The notes beneath the pieces were generated by a model. It did not search any database, was not told the DNA's origin, and saw only the letters and a program-made list of their open reading frames with translations. The position numbers and the translations under genes are program-made. This document shows positions 49,279-59,026 of a stretch of 64,000 nucleotides of DNA, one piece after another. The stretch's first letter is position 1, and each line of letters starts with the position of its first letter. Location: the NCBI GenBank assembly GCA_030592015.1, contig JAUUZY010000005.1:400-64399 (forward strand). The letters run 5' to 3'. This DNA is from Candidatus Peregrinibacteria bacterium. Lineage in GTDB: Bacteria > Patescibacteriota > Gracilibacteria > UBA1369 > LOWO2-01-FULL-3.

Positions 49279-50679
49279 CTAAGCGCTCCTTTCTAGCAAG
49301 GCAACGTTTTCAATGTGGTAAGTCTGAGGGAACATATCTACAGGCTGAACCTTTTTGAGCTTATATCCATACTCTTTGAGCCAATCACAGTCACGGGCAA
49401 GAGTAGAAGGATTACAAGAAACATAAACAATCTGAGAAGGTGCAAACTCACTGATTTTCTCAATAATTTTTTGAGTAATACCAGCTCTTGGTGGATCTAT
49501 GACAATAAGAGACGGACGCTCGCGTAGATTTTTCAAAAGTTTAGAAACATCACCGGTATAAAAATCTATATTGAATATATTGTTCTTCTTAGCATTCTCC
49601 TGCGCGGATTTCACAGCATCCACATTCATCTCAATTCCCAAAACCTTATCTACATGCTTCGCCAAAAATAAACCAATCGTCCCAGTTCCACAAAACAAAT
49701 CGAAAACAATATCATGCTTTTGCTCCAAAGCCATCTTCAAAATCTGACTATACAAAACCTCTGCCTGTGCAGTATTAACCTGAAAAAAGCTCTGTGGCAA
49801 AATTTCAAAATCCAATTCATCCCCATTATCCAAAACCATTTTTTCACTATAAGTTTTTGATCCAAAGAGAAGTTTGTCCTCAATACGTCGCGGACTACCT
49901 CTCTTACTGATGATAGTAGACCAATAAACGGAAACTATTTTCTGCTCACCCAAATCAAGACCATTCAGTAGTACAACAAATTCCTGCAATTCATCCTCGA
50001 AATTTTTAGGAAGATCCTGAGAACTGGTAAGCGTAACCAATATCTCATTTGTGCTCTTTCCTTCTCGAATATATAGAGACCTAAGGCAGCCTGTTCCATT
50101 TGAATATTTAAATGGTGGCCATTTCTTACCAATAACAAATTCACGAACCGCATTCACAATCTTTACAGAAGCTTCAGATTGCAAATAGCAAATATCCAAA
50201 TTCAAAATATCAAACCTTCTACCTGGCAAATGCATTCCCAAAGTAAAATTCATATCCTTGTCATAGCCAAAAGAAAACTCCATCTTATTGCGATAGTAAA
50301 AAGACTTCTCAGATCCAATAATCTCCTCAACAGGAGGGTCATAAATCTTTCCAATCCTTTCAAACGAGTCGATCACCTGCTGCTGCTTAAATTCCAATTG
50401 CGCCTCATAGGGCATGAACTGAATCTGACAACCACCGCAAATGTCAGAATACTTGCATCTTGGCTCTATTCTTTCCGGAGACTCCTTAACTATTTTCTCC
50501 AACTTAGCTTCAGCAAAATTCTTCTTTATCTTCGTAAATGAAGCCTCAACCTTATCCCCGGGCATAGTACCGGCAACAAAAACAGTCAGGCCATCAAATT
50601 TGCCAATACCTCTCCCGCCAAAAGCGAGCTTCTCAATATCGAGTTCAACTATTTGTCCCTTCTTTAATTGCATGGACAC
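49279..50679 (-). CDS. rlmD: 23S rRNA m5U1939 methyltransferase
   Basis: TRAM domain, CGGC, YRNKMEF, SFFQVN, DLFCGTGTIG, DPPRAG, YVSCNPSTLARD, DMFPQTYHIE. Confidence 0.93.
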   Translation of the reverse strand: MSMQLKKGQIVELDIEKLAFGGRGIGKFDGLTVFVAGTMPGDKVEASFTKIKKNFAEAKLEKIVKESPERIEPRCKYSDICGGCQIQFMPYEAQLEFKQQQVIDSFERIGKIYDPPVEEIIGSEKSFYYRNKMEFSFGYDKDMNFTLGMHLPGRRFDILNLDICYLQSEASVKIVNAVREFVIGKKWPPFKYSNGTGCLRSLYIREGKSTNEILVTLTSSQDLPKNFEDELQEFVVLLNGLDLGEQKIVSVYWSTIISKRGSPRRIEDKLLFGSKTYSEKMVLDNGDELDFEILPQSFFQVNTAQAEVLYSQILKMALEQKHDIVFDLFCGTGTIGLFLAKHVDKVLGIEMNVDAVKSAQENAKKNNIFNIDFYTGDVSKLLKNLRERPSLIVIDPPRAGITQKIIEKISEFAPSQIVYVSCNPSTLARDCDWLKEYGYKLKKVQPVDMFPQTYHIENVALLERSA

Positions 50680-50713
50680 TTCATACCAAAAGCACCCCCT
50701 CTAAGCAAGCCCA

Positions 50714-51274
50714 TTACGCAGCTTTTTCGCCAGAGTCATCAATTTCTTTAACCTGCTCACTCACTCCCTTGCGATAATCATTTATGTCTGTAACGCCTTC
50801 AGGCAGTGGGACCTCTCTATATTTTCCATCATCTCTATAGCCCAATTCCGGGAAAACTTCCTTAAAGATTAAAAATTCTTTATTTTTCTTTGCTTCATCA
50901 AATTTACTCAAATACATTTTCTCATATTCTTTATATATACGTTCGTACTTACTTGCGTAATACCAGTTATAAAGTTGTTCAATCATTTGTTCAGGACTTT
51001 TATCACCACGAATTCTATCCACAAATTCATAAAAATTCTCCACAGCCTTTTTCTCATCATAGTCTTCAACGCCTATTGCGCTCAGATAATTTTTCGCAGA
51101 TTTTTTGCCGGGAGATGGCTCATTAGTGAGCTCAGATATCACATGAAACAGTCTTTCAGATGGGTGCATCAGCTTAGCGTGATCAAACCCTCCTTCTAGA
51201 GCTTTTTCAACACTTCTCTGAGTAGCAGACGCTTCTCTTGGGATATCACCTGATTCTGGGCTCTCGTATGGCAT
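50714..51274 (-). CDS. Hypothetical cytoplasmic protein
   Basis: 186-aa ORF with an upstream TGcTATAAT element; no recognised motif. Confidence 0.65.
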   Translation of the reverse strand: MPYESPESGDIPREASATQRSVEKALEGGFDHAKLMHPSERLFHVISELTNEPSPGKKSAKNYLSAIGVEDYDEKKAVENFYEFVDRIRGDKSPEQMIEQLYNWYYASKYERIYKEYEKMYLSKFDEAKKNKEFLIFKEVFPELGYRDDGKYREVPLPEGVTDINDYRKGVSEQVKEIDDSGEKAA

Positions 51275-51378
51275 AATGAAAATTAACTAATTAAATTATT
51301 ATAGCACAAACACCTCCTTTCAACAACTATTTTCTCCACTCAATACCTGTTAAATTTAAGAAAACATAAATATTTCAT

Positions 51379-52284
51379 GTGAGAACAACTCTACTAGTCT
51401 TGGTGTCTATCCTTCCGGTTCTTGTCTTGCTTCGTTATTTTGACAAGCAGGATAGAGGGAAGAAAGAGCCTCTTCGGCTGAAGTGGAAGGTATTTAAGTG
51501 GGGGATACTTGCTACGATAATTGCAGGAATAATAGAAATAAATCTGGACTCCATAATGCTGAGTATTTCAGAGAATAAGTTGATTTATGGTTTTCTGACA
51601 GCATTTGTGACAGCCGCAATCGTAGAGGAGGGACTAAAAATGTGGGTGGTAAGAAGAGAAGTATACAAAGACAAGGATTTCGACGAGGTAATGGACGGGA
51701 TTTCATACACTGTAATCGCGAGTATGGGATTTGCCCTGCTAGAGAACATTTTATACGTAGTAGAAGGGGGACTCGCTGTAGGAATAATAAGAGCTTTGAT
51801 CTCTGTGCCGGCCCACGCAATGTTTTCGGGAATAATGGGCTTCTATATAGGAAAGGCAAGATTTGCACCGATGTCATGGCAGGGAAGCAAACTTTTATGG
51901 AAAGGTTTCGCAATTGCAGTTTTCTACCACGGACTCTTCAACTTCCTGCTCTTCACTGAAAGTCCATTAATGTTCCTTGTTATACCTCTTCTCATAACAA
52001 TGGCTGTTCATCTTCATCAAAAAATAAAACAAGCACGGTATGAGGACAAAGTTGATAGACGACCTCCTGCAAATGTAAGTATATGGACTATTGTAAAAAT
52101 CTTCTTCGCATCCATGTTGATAGTGCTGGGAACCGGAAGCTTCATCGGTAGTATAGTCCTAGCCGGAGACGCAAGATACGATTACGGAAAAGACGATATA
52201 ATATCTAGCGCAATATTTGCCGTAGTTCTCTATATCATTGGATATTTTATAATCCGTAGAAAGAAAGATAGATCCAGGTCCTAA
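51379..52284 (+). CDS. PrsW-family intramembrane protease (second copy)
   Basis: KKEP, IVEEGLK, FDEVMDG, GFALLENILY, VPAHAMFSG, YHGLFN. Confidence 0.9.
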   Translation: MRTTLLVLVSILPVLVLLRYFDKQDRGKKEPLRLKWKVFKWGILATIIAGIIEINLDSIMLSISENKLIYGFLTAFVTAAIVEEGLKMWVVRREVYKDKDFDEVMDGISYTVIASMGFALLENILYVVEGGLAVGIIRALISVPAHAMFSGIMGFYIGKARFAPMSWQGSKLLWKGFAIAVFYHGLFNFLLFTESPLMFLVIPLLITMAVHLHQKIKQARYEDKVDRRPPANVSIWTIVKIFFASMLIVLGTGSFIGSIVLAGDARYDYGKDDIISSAIFAVVLYIIGYFIIRRKKDRSRS

Positions 52285-54401
52285 ACACTTTCAAATTTCT
52301 CCTTGAAGAACCATTTAATAACATTCCAATTATTATCACGCGGGAGAAGAGTATAAGCGTGGTTCTCACCTTCACAACCGGGCTTAGGCTGCCCCGCCGC
52401 TTCAGCAGAAGCAATTAAAGCACTACATTGTTCAGTAGTAATATAAGGAGGAACATAAAGAACATTCCCGGATGACATAACATCATTCGAAAGTATCTCA
52501 TAGTTTTGATAACGGAAATAATAAGCAACAGCCTCTTCTATATCGACATCAGTCTCAGTTTTTTCCAAAACTGTTTTTGCAATTTCATAGAAAGTATCAG
52601 CATCACCAAAACCAAAATTCTTTGCCTTGTCCTGCAAAGATTTCAAAATAAGTTGTTGTCTCTCCGCCCTGGCAAAATCAGAAGAAGTATGACGACTCCT
52701 AGCCAATCTCAAAGATTCCTTTCCACCAAGATGATAAGTCCCCGGCTCATAATGCAAAGTTCCAACAACTCCATCATCAACAGTTCTATAGGTAGGATCA
52801 ATAACAGCCTTCTCCAAAGTAACATCTATTCCTCCAATCAAATCCACCACGTCTATAAAGGCATACATGTCTATCAGTACATATTTATCCAACTTGTATC
52901 CAGTCATATCGCTCAAAACTTTTTTCAGCTCCGGCATTCCATAAAAATAACCATAAGCATTAATCTTCCTGCCATTATAATGGAGATCCCTTGGAATACT
53001 AATCATCCTTACCTCTTTTTTATCTTCATCCACATGAGCAAAAATCATGGTATCAACCAAATTTCCATGCTTGCCGGCTATCAGAATATTGAAAGAATGG
53101 TCATCACTACTAAGCTCATCACCATATTCCGGAATATCATCAGGTATCTCTAGAGTTTTTTTTTTGAACTCCGGATCAAAGAATAAAAGATTCTGACTGT
53201 TTGTTCCCTCTGTATTCACTATATTGATGACCGCAGTAGATTCCTCTACCACTATGGAAGAGATCAAAATGCCATCTGTATCTGAGATATCATAAAAAAT
53301 CCTGCCATCATAAAATCTTGGCTCCTTAGAAATACTTAGATTATTTCCATTCAAAAGCATCTGAAATCCTGTATCTGAAATAGTATTTTCAATATTTTCT
53401 CGCGCCTCCATAACTTTTTTCTGAATAACTGTATTCGTATCAAGTTTGGCTATAAAAGGGGGGAGCGACATAGCAAGGTCAGTAACGATAAGTTTACTAT
53501 CATTATCCCTTTTATTAACAAGGCTAATCTCCAGAGTCGAAAGATTCAAAACAATCTCAGCAACGATGTCACCAGATCGACTCTTTATAGGGTAAACCGC
53601 CTTAAGGTCCGCCTCAGTATATTCTGACGAAACAATTACTCCTGCATTATCAGCAGCAGATTGTACTTCAGTGGAAATAAGAGCAGTCGCAATAGATGCG
53701 GTAGCCTCATTTAGACTGGAAAGACTCTTTATTACAGAGTCCTTATTCTTATTTATATAATCTATAGCAGATTTTTGAAAAGCATCAGTATTTTCAGCAT
53801 CAACCTCAGATTTATCCAATGGAGTTTTCACGTATAACACTGAATCATCCTTTGAAAGGTAATATTTAAAAAGGCTCTCACCATTTACATCACTCATAGC
53901 CAGAGACACGGAATAATCATCTTCATTTATCTGTCCCAATGTCAGGTCATGAGAGTCAACAAAGCTACGAAAATCAGTAGAGTCTGCCGTATCCTGAAGA
54001 AAGGATTTCTTTAAAGCGAGTTTTTCCAAATTTGTGCTACTCACAGATAGGTAGTCAACATACTGAAAAAGGGCGAGCTGAACATCATTCTTATTCTTAT
54101 CCACATCATTAGTAGAATCAGTACTATCTTCAGCAGTTTCAAGATCATCAAAGCCAAGATAATTCTTTGTAGGCATAAGCAAAAAATTTCTAACTTCATT
54201 CAGATCTTGCCCAAAAGCAAGATAAGTATCCTTCACTTGACCAATCTCAGTAATAAGCGAACTGTCTCGAGTTTCAAGGAAATCAATAGAGCTGCTTATC
54301 TTGGCCAGCTGAAAATACTGCATAACAATAAGCACCACGATAACCGCGACAATAATTGTTTTTCCATTAATGATTTTCCTAATCTTACCTTTCATCTTCA
54401 C
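52281..54401 (-). CDS. LCP (LytR-CpsA-Psr) family protein with a long N-terminal extracellular extension
   Basis: N-terminal TM helix; C-terminal NILIAG, DTMI, ISIPRDL, KINA, VDLIGGIDV, LARSRHTSSDFARAERQQ. Confidence 0.88.
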   Translation of the reverse strand: MKMKGKIRKIINGKTIIVAVIVVLIVMQYFQLAKISSSIDFLETRDSSLITEIGQVKDTYLAFGQDLNEVRNFLLMPTKNYLGFDDLETAEDSTDSTNDVDKNKNDVQLALFQYVDYLSVSSTNLEKLALKKSFLQDTADSTDFRSFVDSHDLTLGQINEDDYSVSLAMSDVNGESLFKYYLSKDDSVLYVKTPLDKSEVDAENTDAFQKSAIDYINKNKDSVIKSLSSLNEATASIATALISTEVQSAADNAGVIVSSEYTEADLKAVYPIKSRSGDIVAEIVLNLSTLEISLVNKRDNDSKLIVTDLAMSLPPFIAKLDTNTVIQKKVMEARENIENTISDTGFQMLLNGNNLSISKEPRFYDGRIFYDISDTDGILISSIVVEESTAVINIVNTEGTNSQNLLFFDPEFKKKTLEIPDDIPEYGDELSSDDHSFNILIAGKHGNLVDTMIFAHVDEDKKEVRMISIPRDLHYNGRKINAYGYFYGMPELKKVLSDMTGYKLDKYVLIDMYAFIDVVDLIGGIDVTLEKAVIDPTYRTVDDGVVGTLHYEPGTYHLGGKESLRLARSRHTSSDFARAERQQLILKSLQDKAKNFGFGDADTFYEIAKTVLEKTETDVDIEEAVAYYFRYQNYEILSNDVMSSGNVLYVPPYITTEQCSALIASAEAAGQPKPGCEGENHAYTLLPRDNNWNVIKWFFKEKFESV

Positions 54402-54512
54402 TTAGCTTAAATGCTAAAAAAGTCTATGAGAAAATTCAGCTCTTTGCAAATTAACTTAAACAATTATGCTAAATGAGCTTTTCAAAAGAGGAAAATGTTT
54501 CAGAGTTAGCTA

Positions 54513-56051
54513 CTAGTCTGCTCCAAACAAGGTGTCTTCATCTATTTCGGGAAAGACCTTTATAGAAATTTCATTCTTTGGATTAGCACACCTGTCCTGA
54601 AATATAGCATAACCGTCCCTAACATCTACAAATTTCCCCCGTCTTTCTAAGTCTCTAACTATTTTCTTCAAATCGCATAATAAGGTACCACCCTTAGTCG
54701 CAACAAGTTGAGCTTCAATTGCCTCCCAGGGATATTTTTGCTTGTCCTCATCTGAAAGAGCTTTTTCCCAATCCCCACAAAAAGAAGTAAGAAAAGATTC
54801 TGCATACACAGATATAATAGTCTTGCAGTCAGAATCCATATTTAGTGTTCTGCCCATCTTTGATCCAAGCTCACCCATAAGAGCAAGGACTACACTTTGA
54901 GGCAAATCAAGAGTTTCAGATTTTCCCTCAATAAAGTTAGCAAACTCTTCTCTATCTTCTTCTGTAATATTTGTCTTACCCTTTTCACCAGGAGCTAAAC
55001 GAGGGAATTGAATTAGTTTAGAATCAGATACTATAACGTACTTGCTATAATCTGGAGAATCGCTCTCACGGCTTCCAGCATTAATAAAAACAAGGCTACC
55101 CTTATTGTTTATCTTGTGGAATTCACCTCCACCTTTAAGACTCGACACAGTGTCTAATGCACGCCGACCACCAGCCACTAGTCGCTTTACAGCACCACCG
55201 AAAATACTTTCTAGATCCGGAAGACCATTCTCATCCAAAGTACAGCCTGGACCTGCAAGCTTTTGTATAGCTGCAAGATGAGCAGGATTCTTAGGGGGGT
55301 CAGCTTTCAGTTTTGTATAAATATTGCTGAATTGCTCCTCATAATTGGCCAAGTATGGTTCAACAGGGAGTACAAAGTACAGAGTTTTAGCACCCTCATC
55401 CAGTTTTAGTTCCCAATTCATAGCCCTAGCAGCTCTACAATTAATGGCATAGAGGTGTTTAAAGTCAATTGTGAGTTCACCTCCATGACGGATGACATCA
55501 GCAGCTTGCTTCTTCGCGTCATCAGGAATATTTTTTATTAAATGATCAATAACAGCCATTTCCTCTTCTGGATTACCGAGGAAACCTCTTCGAGGAGTTT
55601 CAGGTGGAGGAGGTGGCTTTCCTTCAGATGGCTGTGAAGCTTCGGGGGATTGTGAGGGGGCAGTAGCTGGAGTTCCACTTCTGAGTATAATCACACGGCG
55701 AGTTCTTCGTGGTTTTGGCGCATTAAGAGGTTCTGGTTCATCAGGGTCTGTCAATTCACTAGGATCTGGTGCCTTATATCTGAAATCGCTTTTTGGAGAC
55801 ATCTCATTCGAAGTGGCCAAAGGAGCATTATCTAAGGATATACCTGGATTCGCAGGATCCGCAACTTGCTGTATCGCTTTCAGGGTATCAAGGATTTTAT
55901 CATCAATTGTCTGTGTTTTCTCATCGTCATCGTCATCCTCCTCGTCTCCAAGTTCATCAAGTTCTTCAATGTCCACAGCCCCTTCTACTTCATCCACCAC
56001 ATCTTCAACAGGGTCACCGTCCCCAGGTCCCTTAATTTCTTTAGTTGCCAT
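54513..56051 (-). CDS. Hypothetical protein with an acidic and Pro-rich disordered N-terminus
   Basis: 512-aa ORF; EEDDDDDE and KPPPPPETP tracts; no signal peptide or TM helix. Confidence 0.7.
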   Translation of the reverse strand: MATKEIKGPGDGDPVEDVVDEVEGAVDIEELDELGDEEDDDDDEKTQTIDDKILDTLKAIQQVADPANPGISLDNAPLATSNEMSPKSDFRYKAPDPSELTDPDEPEPLNAPKPRRTRRVIILRSGTPATAPSQSPEASQPSEGKPPPPPETPRRGFLGNPEEEMAVIDHLIKNIPDDAKKQAADVIRHGGELTIDFKHLYAINCRAARAMNWELKLDEGAKTLYFVLPVEPYLANYEEQFSNIYTKLKADPPKNPAHLAAIQKLAGPGCTLDENGLPDLESIFGGAVKRLVAGGRRALDTVSSLKGGGEFHKINNKGSLVFINAGSRESDSPDYSKYVIVSDSKLIQFPRLAPGEKGKTNITEEDREEFANFIEGKSETLDLPQSVVLALMGELGSKMGRTLNMDSDCKTIISVYAESFLTSFCGDWEKALSDEDKQKYPWEAIEAQLVATKGGTLLCDLKKIVRDLERRGKFVDVRDGYAIFQDRCANPKNEISIKVFPEIDEDTLFGAD

Positions 56052-56248
56052 ATAATTTTAAATTTTTTAAATAGTGCCTAGCAAAAATCTCGAGCCAGGA
56101 TTGAGAGTTTAAAGAAAAGTTTAAAAAAATACAAACCAATTCAAGTTTTAGTAAAGGGGGGTGGCGCCCCACACAACCCTACTGGCTAAGGGGGAGAGAA
56201 TTTTGTATAATACTTGCAAGTAGTAATTACAAAAATTAACAAAACAAC

Positions 56249-56698
56249 ATGATTAAAAATTGGAGAACCGCAGCAATATGGGGATTAGTATTATGGGTAG
56301 CATTAGTAGTTGGAATCTCATTAATAGAACTAGGCTTAGCCCAGTTAGAAGAGTGTAGCAGGCAGGTATTCTGGCTACTTATTGCAATTCCAATCACAAT
56401 ATTTGCTGCAAGCAGGTATTTCAAAAAGTATCCGGGTGAACTAAAAGAGGGGCTAATGTTAGGAGCATGGTTTGTGGGAATGGCTATAATTTTAGACATG
56501 ATAATTAGAGTGCCACTATTTTATAAATTTAACTACGGTGCATATTGGACTTCAACAGTAGGAGTATTTGGAGGCTTTGCAGTTATAATTATCTGTTCAG
56601 CAATTACTGCTCTGGCCATGCAGCTTATTAGTAAAAAAGAACCGAAGAAAGTGGAGGAAGAGCCTGAAGAAGGTAAAGGAGAGGAAACTAAAAAATAA
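56249..56698 (+). CDS. Four-TM membrane protein
   Basis: Four hydrophobic segments (EGLMLGAWFVGMAIILD); first gene of a plus-strand trio. Confidence 0.75.
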   Translation: MIKNWRTAAIWGLVLWVALVVGISLIELGLAQLEECSRQVFWLLIAIPITIFAASRYFKKYPGELKEGLMLGAWFVGMAIILDMIIRVPLFYKFNYGAYWTSTVGVFGGFAVIIICSAITALAMQLISKKEPKKVEEEPEEGKGEETKK

Positions 56699-56713
56699 AT
56701 AAAAAAACACATA

Positions 56714-58369
56714 ATGCAAACAACAAATCCAACACCACAAGTACCACAGCAACCACAGCCCACACCTCAAGTACACGAGCAAGCAGGAAAAAAATCAGGG
56801 GGGAAAATAATTATCGCGATTGTTATTGTTTTAGTTCTACTCGCGGGGGGATATTTTGCTTATCAAAAATTGTCTAAGACTGACGAAGCAGAAACAGACA
56901 CTGTGGCGATTGAAACTGAGAGCTTGGATCTCCTACCTCCGGAATTTGATAAATATGCAGTAGGTGAGGATGCAAATGGATTTATTATAATAAGAAATGA
57001 TGAAGAGCTTACAAATCTATGGGAAAAGCTTGCTGATCCGGAACCAGGGGTAGAGACACCAGATCTAGGGGCATTTAAAAACGGTTTAATATTGATCAAG
57101 GCAGGGGAGGAAGAAGGGATCAAGGCGATATTGCAATTCGAAACCGAAGAAGATGCAGAAAAGGCAATAAATGGATATAATGAATATTTTGGCAATACAT
57201 CTGGCATTTTTGGATCTAGAGAGGGGGAAAGTGACGTGAGCACTGAAGGGAATTTTCTGATTTTTACTTTTGCGGAAGAAACTATCAGTTTTAACGGCTC
57301 ACTATATGACAACCCACTTTTAGAAGATGTAGATCAAACATTACTGGATGCTCAAATAATAGTTTATTTAGATGAAAAAATGAGCAGCATTTTGATAAAT
57401 GCGATGTTAGGTGCATCACTAGCAGATGCAATGCCATATGCACAGTCAGTGGCAAGTAATAACTATAGGGGATTTTCCATATTTCCTACCGCACACGCAC
57501 AGTTTTTAACCGATAGCGATAGGTCTACTGTACTAGGAACAGCCACAGAAGAGGAGCGCATACCGGTAGAAAGAATAATGATAAGCGCTTTGTCGACAAG
57601 TAAGAGTATCGGCATTTTTATCAAGGTCAGCGAAAACGATTTAAAAATAACCCTAGAGGATAGATTTATGGAAGTAGAGGATGTATTGAAATGGATGGAA
57701 GAAGAGGGGGTTGAAGCAACAGAAGAAGACTTGGAGGACTATAAGGAAGGATCTGCCCAAGGAATGAGAGACCTAGAGAAGGCCCTTCCGGAAATAGAAT
57801 CTACAATTAATACTAATTTCCCAAAAAACACTAATACAGAAGCAACTCTTGAGGACCGTAAATTCACTTTAAACGTTTCGGTGTCTATTGAAGACTTGCT
57901 CGAATTTATAGACAACACAGGAGAAGAAATAGAATTGGCAGACATAAAAGGAAGGGACGCAACTAGAATCACAGATCTACAAAAAATTCAGAAGGGTCTT
58001 GTAGTCTATGATTTAGAAAATACTTCATACTTTCCACGTATTGGAGGACAAATTATCGCTTCGTTGGAAACCGGATTCGAGGCCCCTGACGATACATGGG
58101 GAACGGCATTTGCAGGTGAACTCGGAGGGGAGCTGCCAATAGGAACATATTTTTACACAAGTTTCGCAGATGGTTATGGTTTTGCATTATCTGGTATTGT
58201 AGAGGGAGTAGAGAGTGCAAATGCGGATTGTAAGGATGACAATGCAAATATAAAAGCCGGAATACTTGGGGATCCTACTGAGCCTGGCGCAATTCCTTGC
58301 TATGTGATTTTCCGCGGGGCTACCACTCCGGACAGTTCAGCTAAAGAAAACAACAAGCTTGCAAGGTAA
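56714..58369 (+). CDS. Membrane-anchored protein with a C-terminal type IV pilin globular head domain
   Basis: Pro/Gln-rich N-tail, one TM helix, acidic body. Residues from 57947 (KGRDATRITDLQKIQK...TGFEAPDDTWGTAF...ANADC...CYVIF) align with the pilins at 26792-28411. Confidence 0.8.
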   Translation: MQTTNPTPQVPQQPQPTPQVHEQAGKKSGGKIIIAIVIVLVLLAGGYFAYQKLSKTDEAETDTVAIETESLDLLPPEFDKYAVGEDANGFIIIRNDEELTNLWEKLADPEPGVETPDLGAFKNGLILIKAGEEEGIKAILQFETEEDAEKAINGYNEYFGNTSGIFGSREGESDVSTEGNFLIFTFAEETISFNGSLYDNPLLEDVDQTLLDAQIIVYLDEKMSSILINAMLGASLADAMPYAQSVASNNYRGFSIFPTAHAQFLTDSDRSTVLGTATEEERIPVERIMISALSTSKSIGIFIKVSENDLKITLEDRFMEVEDVLKWMEEEGVEATEEDLEDYKEGSAQGMRDLEKALPEIESTINTNFPKNTNTEATLEDRKFTLNVSVSIEDLLEFIDNTGEEIELADIKGRDATRITDLQKIQKGLVVYDLENTSYFPRIGGQIIASLETGFEAPDDTWGTAFAGELGGELPIGTYFYTSFADGYGFALSGIVEGVESANADCKDDNANIKAGILGDPTEPGAIPCYVIFRGATTPDSSAKENNKLAR

Positions 58370-58379
58370 TAAAACAACA

Positions 58380-59024
58380 ATGATAAATAAATTCATCAAG
58401 GCAGGAATTATAATCTTTGTCTTCTTCGTATTCTGGTCGCTCTATAACCTGATAGCTGTGTTAGATTCAGGGGCTGGGATGGACATGTTATTCAATTACT
58501 TTGGAATAACCATCCTCTTTTCAGTAATAACGGTATCAGTAGTTTTCAGACCAAAGAAAAAACCAATTCTCAAAATTGCAGACAAGGAATTGACAACAAT
58601 GGCAAAGGAAGTCCTCAAAAACTTATTGGCCTCAATAGAAAAAGGATCAATTGTTTCTAGAGAGAACATTTCTCCTAGACTCATTCCGATCATGCAAAAG
58701 GAAATGGATATCTACAAGGAAATTCTTTCCAATGGCATAGAGGTAGAATGCAAAGCAGAAAACATAGACCACACAAGTTGCAGGATCGTAGAGGAAGGTG
58801 AAAAGAATATTAAACTAAAACTCATTGGGGTTTTTAGGCACAACTATTATCACAATAAAAAGATGCTGGACAACCCCGCGGACAAAAATAACTATGCAAA
58901 CAGCAATATAAGACCTTTTCAGGCTGGAGGATATACTCTAAATTTCGAAAAATTCGCCAGCGGTGATTATCGTCTAATTGGCTATACAGACGATATTGTT
59001 GGCAACAAATATGGGGAATTGTAG
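58380..59024 (+). CDS. Hypothetical membrane protein (two N-terminal TM helices)
   Basis: Likely ATG 58380 (track 58359); two TM helices then a soluble domain. Confidence 0.65.
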   Translation: MINKFIKAGIIIFVFFVFWSLYNLIAVLDSGAGMDMLFNYFGITILFSVITVSVVFRPKKKPILKIADKELTTMAKEVLKNLLASIEKGSIVSRENISPRLIPIMQKEMDIYKEILSNGIEVECKAENIDHTSCRIVEEGEKNIKLKLIGVFRHNYYHNKKMLDNPADKNNYANSNIRPFQAGGYTLNFEKFASGDYRLIGYTDDIVGNKYGEL

Positions 59025-59026
59025 CT

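Noticed and set aside
51379-52284. Two PrsW-family genes in one window as a special system
   Set aside because: They are 48 kb apart and divergent, with no adjacent ECF sigma or anti-sigma genes; multiple PrsW paralogues are unremarkable.
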